A DNA stretch of 64,000 nucleotides from Chlorokybus atmophyticus (lineage: Eukaryota; Plantae; Mesostigma and Chlorokybus algae). Position numbers and translations under genes: made by a program. The notes under the pieces are model-generated. The model searched no databases. It was not told the origin of the DNA and saw only the letters and a list, made by a program, of their open reading frames with translations. Of this stretch, positions 13,067-24,542 are shown piece after piece. The stretch's first letter is position 1. Every line of letters begins with the position of its first letter. Location: the NCBI GenBank assembly GCA_009103225.1, contig RHPI01002262.1, forward strand, positions 1,188,406 through 1,252,405, read 5' to 3'.

Positions 13067-14855
13067 ATGCAGGCAGCGGCTGAGGTGAGCAGTTGTAACG
13101 CAGCATGCGTGTCACCACCGGGTAGTGCTGCATGCGTGTGTGCATGCTCAAGCATGTATGTCTGACGTTGCACATGCTTGCTGCTTTGTCACAACACCGT
13201 GTCAGCGCACAGTCCTGCAGTAAGTTGTTGAGAGTTGTAAAATAGGTGGCAGCATGCTACTAGTGTTGCAGCACTGCAAGCTTGCAAGTAAACCATTCCT
13301 GTGTTTTGATTTAAACAAAATTTGTAAGACGGTCACAAACACAATGGAGACAGTGTCAGTGAGCCTTGCATTCAGTTTGGCACAAGCCAGAGAGACGTTT
13401 CCATGCATACAGACGCCGAGCTGCATGCCCTCGCACTGGCAACTGGCTGTTGTTGAGCCAGCCAGTAGCCATAGCTTGAGTGGAAGGCAGTAGCAAGACT
13501 GCAGCCAAGGCTTTGTTGCTGCTTAAGCTGGCGGAAGGCAGTAGTAGCTGATGTTGGCTGGTTAGAAGCATACCGCAGGTGGCCCAACTGCATGTACGCC
13601 TCACCATACCGTGTGATGAGGCGTACAGTAGTGCTGCTGGTTGTGATTGACAGTTTAGCTGCGTCAGCTGTGTGGCAGCTCATACATGCTACCATACATG
13701 AAGCAAGTACCTAGCTTAGCCAGCCAACTTTAGTTGGTCAAGCATGTGGCCAGCAAGTGGCAGTTGGGAGGGCTTAATTGCAGCGTGACAACAAAGACTG
13801 GTATAGACTAAGCAACTCATCAAGTTCAGCAAGTTGGGATTGCACATGCTTGCGAAAATGGCCATGCTGCGCCGCAGTATGGCCAGTTTTGACAAGCATT
13901 GCTGCCAGCAAGTCAGTACCTGGCTCAGACGCTTGACGCAAATAGGAACATCACACTTTTCGAACATATTGCGTGTGAGAAACGGTAGCATGTGCGCAGT
14001 GGCGACAGATTCGGCCTATGCACACAAGTGCAGCACTAAAGCACCAACACTGCTGACTGAGTGCTTGTGAGGGAGCAAGACACGCAGTGTGTGACTTGCA
14101 TGACTGGTCATAGTTGTATGCTTATGCTCCTTTGACATAGGCATCACGGCTGAGGATGCGAAACCTGCCCTTGACTGGGAGGCAGTCCCGTGTGGCTGCG
14201 TCTTCGCACAGTCCCGCTGCCCCATTACCGCAGCCTCGGCGCGAGACACGCATGCAAGCGCAGGTACAGGCTTTCAGCTTGGTTATGCTGTAGCGGCAAA
14301 GATCAATCGCCTACAGATCAGCCATGCTTCTGAGCACATGCATACGTGTGAAGGCATCGAGAGTATTGCAATGACACTTGTACAAGCCAACACAATACTT
14401 GACTTTCGCTCAAGTTTATGAGCGCAGGCACAAGTAGCGCATGGACATGCTTCAGACCAAGGCAGTAATGATGCCGACATTGCAGCTTTGCACACCCAAC
14501 AGGCCACCCTTGCAAGTGACATCCATCAGCTACATAATCTGGTAAGGGCAGAAGCAACACCAAGACTCTCATGCTGTACATAATGATTGGTGTCACACAG
14601 ATTGACACGCTTGTTGAGCGTGTGGCCGCTCTTCATGCGCAAAGCCAAGACGCAATATGCCTCTGGCGGCAGCAGCAGGACAGTGTGGCCAAATTGGAAA
14701 GCATCAGTCAAGAAAGAGAGGCTGCTGTTGCGAGAGTGAACCTATTGGAGCAGAGTTTGAACTGTGTGCGCCGCGCACAGAGGCAGTCGCTCATTCTCAA
14801 TGCTGTGGCTTGGACAATTGCCATCGTACTCGCTTTCATGCTCAGACTGTTGTAG
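13067..14855 (+). CDS. Probable tail-anchored coiled-coil protein; internal exons and start uncertain
   Basis: Donor GTGAGC follows ...MQAAAE. Exon-like segments lie at ~14140-14265 and ~14430-14541. The last exon (IDTLVERVAALHAQSQ...ILNAVAWTIAIVLAFMLRLL*) is a coiled coil followed by a C-terminal hydrophobic helix. Confidence 0.45.
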
Positions 14856-14998
14856 AACAAACCCACCTACAACTTGACTACTAACACCAACTGCCCCTCT
14901 CTGTGCTGACTTCTCGTCCACTGCAATAGACTCACTACTGGACTACACAAAACACACTGTTGTATGCACACGCGCACATATCACACATGCGGCGCATA

Positions 14999-16961
14999 TC
15001 ACAGGCGTCTCAATATACGGCGGCGGCGTTCAGCTTGTGCAGCGTGCAGGCTTCCCCACTTGCTAATGGCGGTGACTTCAACATCGCATTTGCGGTACAG
15101 ACGCATGGGCGCCCACCCCTGGTTGAGAGGGTTCAAGTCCACCTGAGAGACGTCACGCGCAAGGCAAGTAAAAGTAAAGTAAAACTTGCGCGGTGACTGA
15201 ATGACTAAATAACACTGAGAGCGTACCGCATAAGGCAAGTTGCTGAAGCAGGAGTGTGTCAGACAGTACTCTGATGCAGCATCTGCTTTTGTAATCTGCA
15301 AATCATTTGCCAAAATGTCAATGGCACATAAATGTGCTAAAAGTCACACATACGCGCACACATATGCTCGCAGCCCCCTGCATTGCATGCAGGTGCATGC
15401 AGGATAAGTGCCAAGCACCAACACGCAAAGACACATGCGCAGGTGACTGCAATTGCCATGCATGCATGCATGTCTGACAGGGGGCAGTAGTGGTAGACTT
15501 GGAGGTAGTTAGCAGGCAGCATGTAGGCGCCTTGTCTCGATGGTCGATGTGGTGAGTGTTGGTGGTGTTGGCTGAATTGCATGTGCACGTAGGTTTGCAT
15601 GTTATGCATTGCCTCTTGTATCTTTTGTGCACACATATGCACACACGCACACTCAGGTACCTGCAATTTTGAATGCACGCATGCGTGCGTGCGTACGTGC
15701 ATGCAGGCTCACGCACACGCAAGCATGCATGCGCACACATCAGTCTGACTCTGTGGTGCAACCACCACACGCACCAGCCGTTGTTGCCGTGTGGAAGCCG
15801 CATGCGACTCCGAGCACCCGAGACACAGTCGCACCTGAAGTCAAGGAGAGCTTAGCTGTTGCACTTACTTTGCTGTCAACGCACAATAAAACCACAAAAA
15901 TGATGATAATGTTCTCGTCTCCTAATCCACTCACCCTGAGAGTGCCAACAGTCAGCGTGCGCGCGCACATCTGGCCGCACTCGAAGCAGCTGGAGGCAAA
16001 GTGCCGCGCATAGCAGTTTCGCCAGCTGTCAGCTCCGCCGACACCATCATCGGCAGCAGCCTCTAAACTCCAGCCGCGCGCTTGACACCGCCCCTTCCAG
16101 AAGTGCTCCGCGTCGCTCACAAGCGAGCGCAAGCCTTGACACGTCTGAAAAAAAAGGTGTGCGCATGCGCGGGTGCGTGTGCGTGCGCCTGTCTGTGCGT
16201 GCATGCGCACATGCATGCATGCGCGTGCACACACGTTGCTGTATATGCACGCACGCACGTGTGCGTGCGTGTCCACAGACACGTGTGTGTGTGTGTGCGC
16301 GCGCGTGCGCGCGTATATGTGCGGACGGGCGCTACGCGTATGCGTGGCTGTGTGCCTTGTCATGACAAACGTTGTGACTAGCTTTGTCAATGAAGCTCAC
16401 AGCTGCAAGCGAGTATGTGAATCGAACGGAAGTCATGCGTGCCAGCTTTTTCACATAAGACAGGCAGGATGGTTCCCTTCAGTGCATACGAGTAAGTAAA
16501 CGTGAGCAGCATGTGGTCCAAGTTGCAGTTGATTGAGATGATGCTATAGATTGAATATGATTATTGTAATTCATGTGGATTATTGTGGACCTGTTGCTGT
16601 ATGTGCTAGTTGTATAGTGAGATATGGACCCTTTGTGCACTTTTTGGAGATATATTAGAGTTCATAGGATCATGTGGTCCTACGCCATCACTTCCAGCGT
16701 CCGGATGCGAATCAGCAAAACAACAAACGTTGCAGGCTCGCGGCAAACTATGAAGTACTAACCGATACAAGCGGCAATCACCCAACATAAACCACACACC
16801 TGCGCCAAGTTGCACAGATCCTGGTCGCTCAGTCCCGCCAGCAGCTCCTCCCACACCTCCGCCGGCACGGCCAGCAGCCCCGTTGACGCCTGCTCCTCCT
16901 TCCTCTCCTTGTCCTCCACCTCCACCTGGTCCTGCTCCGCCCTCCGCCTCCTCTTAGCCAT
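14999..16961 (-). CDS. F-box protein fused to an XPA-like C4 zinc finger and XPA C-terminal-like DNA-binding domain, ~214 aa
   Basis: Model join(16961-16800,16144-15935,15834-15775,15295-15227,15142-14999), all phase-0 GT-AG. F-box: LLAVPAEVWEELLAGLSDQDLCNLAQTCQGLR. Zinc finger: CFEC-x14-CLGC. XPA-like: LITKADAASEYCL...NPLNQGWAPMRLYRKCDVEVTAISKWGS. Confidence 0.8.
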
Positions 16962-17032
16962 ACTCAGCCAACTGGTGCTGAAACAAAAAGAAATGATCCG
17001 CACCGTGTGCTTTCTTGCAGAGAACTCTCAAC

Positions 17033-19064
17033 ATGGCTGCGGCGGCGGCGGTGGCGACGGCGGCGAGGCCCTGCTCGTCTCACTCGACCACCTCGTCGTT
17101 GTCACGGGTGTCGTTGCCATGCGCCGTGCGAGCCAGAAGAAGACAAGGGACTCCGCCTCTGCTGCTGCCGCATCCTGCAGGTAATGCATGCATGCATAAA
17201 AAACTGTTGTACACTGTTGTACAGCGCGAAAGTTCTGTAGAAAATCAGATGTAAATCGTACTTGTGGATCGCGTCATTGTTAAGCTGACACTTCTACCAT
17301 GGAGATCACAAGCACATTGCCAGTGGCACGCAGGTGAGCACAATGGGTGTCCATGACGCACAGCAGCTGCTAACCTCCTTGCCGTGGCTGTTTATGGCAG
17401 TTCTATCCTATGTGTACTGTAATCTGAGTGCTTTCAAACAGTCTGTTGTACACAGAGTCATGTGCACACGTACCCGAACACGCACAATCCGGTTCGAGAG
17501 AGTATGCCTCTTTGTTTGCGTCAACTTCTGTCCACCCAATGAGAGCCCATCCTCAACCGCACCAATCTACTCTTGCCTGATACATCTGTCAAATTGCAAC
17601 CTCAGGTCACATCAGGCCTTCATCAACCTGCAAGCTACGAGTCGTGGCGCTGCAGACGACCGCGCAGGACTCCAACAACGACACCAATGGCGACAGCAAG
17701 GACAGCTGGGGACCCCCCGCTGGATGCAGCCGCTTCTCAGTCACACTAAAAAGGCCCCTCGGTGAGCAAAGAGGGTCAAAGATTGAAGCATGCTACCTGA
17801 TATGTACAGGCATTTGGGTGCAAGTGTACGTGTGTGCGTGCTTGTGTGGGTGCACATGTGCATGAGGGTGTGTATAATGTGAGGATAAAGGGAGCGAAAC
17901 ATGTCAGCAGATGCGTGCACGCGTGTTTGGGTTTTGTGCGTGTGCACGCATACGTCCTATGCGCGCGCAAGTGTGTGTGCGTACTTATGACATCCGGACG
18001 TCTGTCTACATACCTTGTATACGGCTTATTATTCTTTGTTGTTAAAAACGTATGTGATGGATGTATCCATGCAGGGTTGATTTTGGAGGAGGACAAGGCT
18101 GGCAACATCTTCGTGGGGGAGGTGCAGAAGGGCGGGAACGCGGAGGCCGAGGGGAGCGTCACTGTTGGGGACCAGCTCATTGCCACTTCAGCTGGTACAC
18201 AAGACAAATCAGTCGTGTTGGACGAATGCACCGCGCACACAATCTTTGTACACGCGCGCGTATTCCCAGGCACATGCTCGAGCGTGCGCACGTGCACGCA
18301 CACGCACACGCGCACACGCATGTGCATGCGCAAACATGTACATCTGCACCCGTGCGCGTAGCTATGACGGTGTGTGTGTGTTTGTGCGCAACCATATGTG
18401 TAAGCAAGGCTGTTGAGTGATGTGTTCCATCCCCTAATGTTTAACACGAGCATGTGACATACTCGTGCTGCGCGGCAGTTGTATACACGAAGGCGCAGCG
18501 GTACGGCGAAGTCAACGTGCGAGGGGGTGAGCAGGTTGTGAGGCTCAACGTGCGCGGAGAGGTAGGCACTGTTGTACTTGGTTACTATGATTTACTTGTT
18601 ACTCTGTCATCCAGTTGAGGGTATGGCCAACATGACCCAACAACAAGTTGCAATGCAGGATTTCAAGACTGTCATGGCCGCCATTGGCACGCATCCCGGC
18701 CATATGGAGGTGCGTATTGTCAAGGGTGTACATGCACAGTATAGTGTGTACTTGCACGTCATGCACACAATCATGTCACAGTTTTGCATATTGTACAAAC
18801 ACACTTCCATCACAAAGACACTTTTGCATCTCATCGCAGGTAGCTTGTGCATACATGCGTGCTGCTTCAACTGACACACCATGCATAACCAACCTATGTT
18901 TGTACTGTCAAGCGATTGAACAGTCTTTCTGGATGTTTACATCAAGTTGTTTTGTTGTGACCACTTTTGTTGTGACCATGAGTTTCGTTGTGGCTGTTTT
19001 GCAGGTGAAACTAGAGTTTCAGAAGTGCGAACCAGGCCGAGGCCCCCTTGCCAATTCACGCTAA
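17033..19064 (+). CDS. Plastid-targeted PDZ-domain protein
   Basis: Exons 17033-17180, 17606-17761, 18075-~18194, ~18479-18561, ~18659-18709, ~19005-19064. Transit peptide. PDZ: KRPLGLILEEDKAGNIFVGEVQKGGNAEAEGSVTVGDQLIATS. Confidence 0.8.
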
Positions 19065-19644
19065 TACTTTTTGAGAAGCACTTTCATAGGGCTGACGGTC
19101 TGCGTGCGGTAGTGCGTAGGGCTATTTGCTTAGGGATACATAAAATACCTTTCAAGGTGCTTATCTGCTTGTTTGCACAGTGGAACCAGTGTGGTTCTAA
19201 ATCAGAACAACTGGGCTGTTTGAAACTTCGGGGAGAGATTTTCAGGTAGAGCGTGCAGCGGTTTCCAAAGATTGACCTGCATTTGATTCCATTACAGCCA
19301 TGGTGCTTGTGTCTTTGCTTTTTGGAGCGAGCACCCTTTATTGTTGCAATGACGGGGACCAATTGACAGTCATGGAGCGTGCAATGTGGTTGTGTTCTCC
19401 CACTGACACACTTGATGTAATCGGGAGAGCACAGCACCTTCCATTCTTGCGCTGTGCTCAACATGTGCTATTGCAAAACATTGTGTCGTTTGCAACCATC
19501 ATTTCTGCATGTTGGGAATGAAAGCGCGAGCGCGCCAAACCGGAAACTGAGATATATTCCTGAATACATACGCATTTATCTAGTAGGCTACGCAAAGTGA
19601 TATTGAGTACGACTTATGAGTGAGAAGCACACTATTGTTACTGC

Positions 19645-22600
19645 TTAATCTATCTCATCCAAATCTGGCCTATCTGTCCTTATCAGTGCACCCAACGAAT
19701 TTCTGCGCAACGTCCTTTTCCACCAAAACTTGACATGAATGCCAATCTGCCTCCCGTGCAACCGCCACACGACAACCCCACACACCAACAACCCAACAAC
19801 AAGCGCACCCACCCCTGCGTGCCACCCCACATAAGCCCCTCCAATCCCCTCATTACTGCTATCATGACTATATCCGGAAGCCATAGCACCTCCACGCCTC
19901 CCTCCAATGGAGAATAAGTTGTTACTACTCGGCTGCAAAGGCTGTGCCAAGGGCCTTATTGACGGCATTCCATCACTTGTGCTGTCGGGTGCATGTTCAT
20001 GAGGGGTTGAATGAGTTGAAGAAGCTTCCTTTTGTTCTGCTGCTGTTGTTGGGTTTGATGCCGCCAACAACTGCAATAGGGTCAAAAATGCCGCAGTCCA
20101 GTTCGCCACCGTTTGCTGCGTAGTGGGGATTAGCGCTGTCAAAAGAGTGTTCTGTATTACTGGTAAAATGTAAAATGACTGATTTATGTATGTATTGTAT
20201 TGACTGAGTATTAGGGCTTGCTCGAGTCAAAGCCCCACTTGTTAACGGTGTAGCTGACCTCAAGAAGTGGCTTTGTGGTTGGATTGAACATGCGGAAACA
20301 GTCGTTGCTGTTTGCATCAGTGTCGCCAAAGATCTGCACACACAACACGCATGTCAGTACATATTTCGCAGTACAGCAGCACAGCAGTACAGATTTAGCA
20401 ATGCAAAAGCGTGCAAGTACGCACGCACACCCACATGTACATGAGCACACGCACGTAGTCACACCTCAAAAGTGTACGCGTAAGGCACTTTCATGCTCTC
20501 GTACATGTAGTCCGTCGTGGTCCCGTGCGCAAGATATCTGCATTGCACATTGTCACTTGAGCCGATCACCATACCATGTAAACTCTGTTCCAGAAAAGAG
20601 AACTACTTCCAGTATCTACGGATACGCACATAGTATAGGTACACATGTATACATGTGCAGCTGCGTGTGTGTACTTGCATACGCGTACCCACGTGTGTGC
20701 GGGTGAGCATGTGCGCGTCTGCCAAAGCGTGCATATGCGCATGTGCATGCTTATGCGCGCGTGTTTGTGCGGTTGTGTGCGTGCATGCGTGTGTCGATGT
20801 GTGTGCATGTTCCTCAGTTACTGCAAAAGTGACGCACATACCCAACGCTTTTCCCGCCGCTTCCGAGCGCGCACTTGCGGCAGTGCCGCACGCTGACGGT
20901 CTCCGCCACGCCCGCCATTGCTGCGCCCACGGGGCCGCCCACGGGACTCGCCACGTGGTCGTACGGGATGAACATCGCCTGTTTGTACATGTGTGTGGGT
21001 ATCAGAGAGTGTGTGCGCGTGCGCGTGTGTGTCCGGCAGTGTGTCACGTGCGCATGCACACGCACACGCACACGCACGCACTACCATTCTTGCTAACACG
21101 CAGACGCACGCGCACGCGAGCACACACCTCCATTCCAGAGTGTACGGCAGCCCACAGGTGCGGTCGGAACGCCCTTGCGACGCCTCTCACGATGACGGCC
21201 TCCGGCTCCGAGAACGGCCCCGTGCCGGGATACTCCTCCGAGGGATCGTAGTCCTGTTTTCGGTTGCGTGTGTGGGTGTTTGCGCATGCGCACATACACG
21301 CGTGAGCGCGCATGGGCAGGGCATGTGTGCGTGTGTGCGTGTTTGCTGTGCATGCGGTTGCTGTATGTGTAGCCTGTAAGGTTACCTTCTCTTTTTTGCC
21401 CCAGTCCACAGCCCAGTTACGGTTGAGGTCCACACCCCTGCCTGATGATAGGGAAGGTGAGGATTGACCACGTGTGTCAAACTTGTTCAAGTTGCCTCGC
21501 ATGCACACGCACCGTTCTTGCGCTCGCACAACTTCCCGCTGTCCACAAGCTTGCGCCCGTTCTCGTTCTCCAGCGGCAAAATCTGCATGATGTCAAACAG
21601 CTCAAGCATACATGCACATACACACAGTCGTTACTCGTTCAAGCACAAATTGTTCATTCGTGTGCTTCATACTTACCTTAAGCGTGAAGGCGTCCATGAT
21701 CTGCCGCACGCGCTCCACTTCATCTGCACACACTCGTGAAAACACATTCATCAAACCACCACCACCACAACAACATTACCGGGTGTGGGAGGGCCGTTCC
21801 CTGCAATGGACTTCTCGCCTGTGAGTACTTCCAGCAGCCTCAAACCCACCTCGGCCGTGATCAGCTCGCGCCCGTGCTGACCGAAACTCTGACAAGAGTA
21901 GCAGCAAGATGAACGTGTTGGATCGGTGTCGTGGTCACCCATGCATGCACTTGCCAATGTATCAAACTTGCTACACGTGGTTGCATTTCTACGCGCACAT
22001 GTGCCTCTGCATGCGTGCGTGTGTGGTTACGCGTGCGTGCGCATGTACGAGTGCGTGCATGCGTGCGTGCGTGCGTGCGTGCGTGCGAGTGAGTGTACGC
22101 GTGCGCCTGCCTACACATGTGCGTTTGTGCATGTGTATGTGCACGTGCGTGTGCACCGCGCGCGGACAAGCAAGGAGGCCTACCAAACCACACCAATAAG
22201 GCGTGATTACTCTACCAAGTGTGACTTCCACACAACAACAATGCCCTTACAAGAAGCGCGCGCAGGCGGGAGTTGTTGTTGTTGTTGAGCGTGGCCACAG
22301 CAACTCTGGCGGTGTAGGAGCCGTGATCATCCGTTCGCTCCTCGAACGACAGCTGCCACATACAGGAGCTTATTGAGCCATGCATTCCCACACTCGCTCC
22401 CAAGACACACATTATGACTTGGTTTGTATGAACCTGCATGACGTCGGGGTGCCTGTCTGCAAGGGCCTTGACGGCTTCGATGATGCCGGCACTGTGGGAG
22501 CAGTTGCAAGTTGGTTGAGATGAGTATGTTGTGTGTATGTGCGCGTGGGTGTGCGTGTGCATATACGCTTGGGTGTGGGTGGGTGTGCGCTTGCGTGCAT

Positions 22601-23674
22601 GTGTGCATGCACGTGAGCGCGTGCGTTTGTGAGGGCGCGGAATACCGCGTTTGTGCATGTGTGCGCGAGCATAGACGTATGCGAACGACTGTGTGCGTGC
22701 GTACGTGCGCATGTGCCTGCGCGCGTGTGTGCGTGTATGCGTATGCGGGAAGGGGGGGGGGGGGGGGGGGGNNNNNNNNNNNNNNNNNNNNNNNNNNNNN
22801 NNNNNNNNNNNNNNNNNNNNNNNNNNNNNNNNNNNNNNNNNNNNNNNNNNNNNNNNNNNNNNNNNNNNNNNNNNNNNNNNNNNNNNNNNNNNNNNNNNNN
22901 NNNNNNNNNNNNNNNNNNNNNNNNNNNNNNNNNNNNNNNNNNNNNNNNNNNNNNNNNNNNNNNNNNNNNNNNNNNNNNNNNNNNNNNNNNNNNNNNNNNN
23001 NNNNNNNNNNNNNNNNNNNNNNNNNNNNNNNNNNNNNNNNNNNNNNNNNNNNNNNNNNNNNNNNNNNNNNNNNNNNNNNNNNNNNNNNNNNNNNNNNNNN
23101 NNNNNNNNNNNNNNNNNNNNNGGCGTGCATGTATACGCGCAATCACATGCACACACGCACGCGCAGACTCGTGCGTGTGTGCTCACGCTTGGTCCAGTGT
23201 ATGCGCTCGCTAGGATTAGGGCTCTGGTGTGCACACACCTGCCTGACAGCTTTGACTACAGCTTGCACCATGTTATACTAACAGATATTTGACTATAACG
23301 GGTTGGTCCTTGAGACATATGCCTTCAAGTCAAGTCTGTTGGGCTGACCAAGTCACTGCTGGCTGTGCAGTACACAAGTGCTAAACCTTCTTGTTACCAC
23401 AACAAATGCCATTTCAACACGCCATACATCTTCTTGAAAGACTGCTAGATGATCACGATAACATCGCAGTCAGCTTGGTCAAAGCTAGCATTGCACAGTC
23501 AGGCTCCACTGACCCAGTGTGGTAATAGGAGTAGTCGGGTTTGGACCATTGCTGCGCGGAAGCGGCAGCGCTGCTCCCGGCGGACAGCAAGAACAATGTG
23601 AGCAAAGCAAGAGCCGCCCACCACAGTGCAGATCCACCCCTGACGACACCGCCGCCGCCGCCAGCCCCCGCCAT
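19645..23674 (-). CDS. Zinc metallocarboxypeptidase (M14, CPA-like) with signal peptide and C-terminal TM helix
   Basis: About 12 exons. Motifs GQHGRE (HxxE), RKNG|RGVDLNRNW, GPFSEPE, VHSG and AYTFE|IFG. N-terminal signal peptide and a hydrophobic helix GVGALVVGLLVCGVVVW. An N gap lies in intron 1. Confidence 0.9.
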
Positions 23675-23764
23675 GCCCTGACTGACTGTTGCTGTTGCTC
23701 AATTGACCGCCGTCAAAATTGATTGATTCTATGATGTGCAAAATTGCAACCCTGCATGTGTGTC

Positions 23765-23846
23765 GCGGTCGTGTCCGAGTGGTTAAGGAGATTGACTCGA
23801 AATCAATTGGGCCCTGCCCGCACAGGTTCGAATCCTGTCGGCCGCG
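23765..23846 (+). tRNA. tRNA-Ser(CGA)
   Basis: Acceptor stem GCGGTCG/CGGCCGC with G discriminator. D arm TCCGAGTGGTTAAGGA. Anticodon arm ATTGA-CT-CGA-AA-TCAAT. Long variable arm. T loop GGTTCGAATCC. T-runs follow within 35 bp. Confidence 0.97.
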
Positions 23847-23898
23847 CAGATGTTTTCTCCCTTGATGGAACACATTTTTGGCGGTTGCCTATCTACTA

Positions 23899-24511
23899 GG
23901 GTGATTTGCCATACTTCGGACACGTAAATAAGGATAGGCTGTAGCTAGCATGGTATGTATCTGTTCGACGGGCTAAGTGGCTCGTTGGATAGTCTAGGGT
24001 TTGACGGTCCTGATGCGCTTTTAACTGCGTTGAAAGGATAAGTACAGCCGTCACACCAGCCTGACAAGTAGCAAGGTGTGTGGAATGGCTGCAGAAAGTT
24101 ACTTTGCCCAACTTCGGAGGGCCGCAATTGGCTGTGTGGCAGCCAACTGTGGCGGGGAGTTGGCGGCAGACAGCGAATCGGCTGTGCTGCAAGATCGGGC
24201 TAACAGGTTTGCGCCTTTCACGCGCTGTCCAAGTTAATGGCTTGGAGCTGTGGGCGGCGATGTAGCTGCGGGCGATCTTGGGCGAGGCAAGCGGGCGGTG
24301 CCAGCGCAGGCGACGACCAAGCCGGAGTGCGGGAGGTTAAGCAGCACTTCTGGTGAGCAGTCGTCGCCGAGTGTTGGCCCTAAGCCTGGTGTGCGTGTGG
24401 GTGTCTGTGTGTGACTGCAGTCTCATGCGTTGCCAACTGTGCGTGTGAGCGGTTTTGTGTGCATGTGTGCATGTGCGTGCACGATTGTGTGTGTGCGAGT
24501 GTGTGAGTGTT

Positions 24512-24542
<31 letters not shown>

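Noticed and set aside
15318-16499. Many His/Thr/Cys/Val-rich ORFs here and throughout the window
   Set aside because: They are translations of CA/TG intron tracts, which lack stop codons by composition.
21819-21820. Additional GC donors in the carboxypeptidase (21818) and ZIP (~41294/41315) genes
   Set aside because: In-phase GT donors exist just downstream, so GC usage is not required.
22212-23292. Long ORFs spanning N gaps (also at 24337-24921, 31725-32444, 45710-46294 and 50528-51519)
   Set aside because: They are open only because N codons contain no stops; the flanks are intronic repeats.
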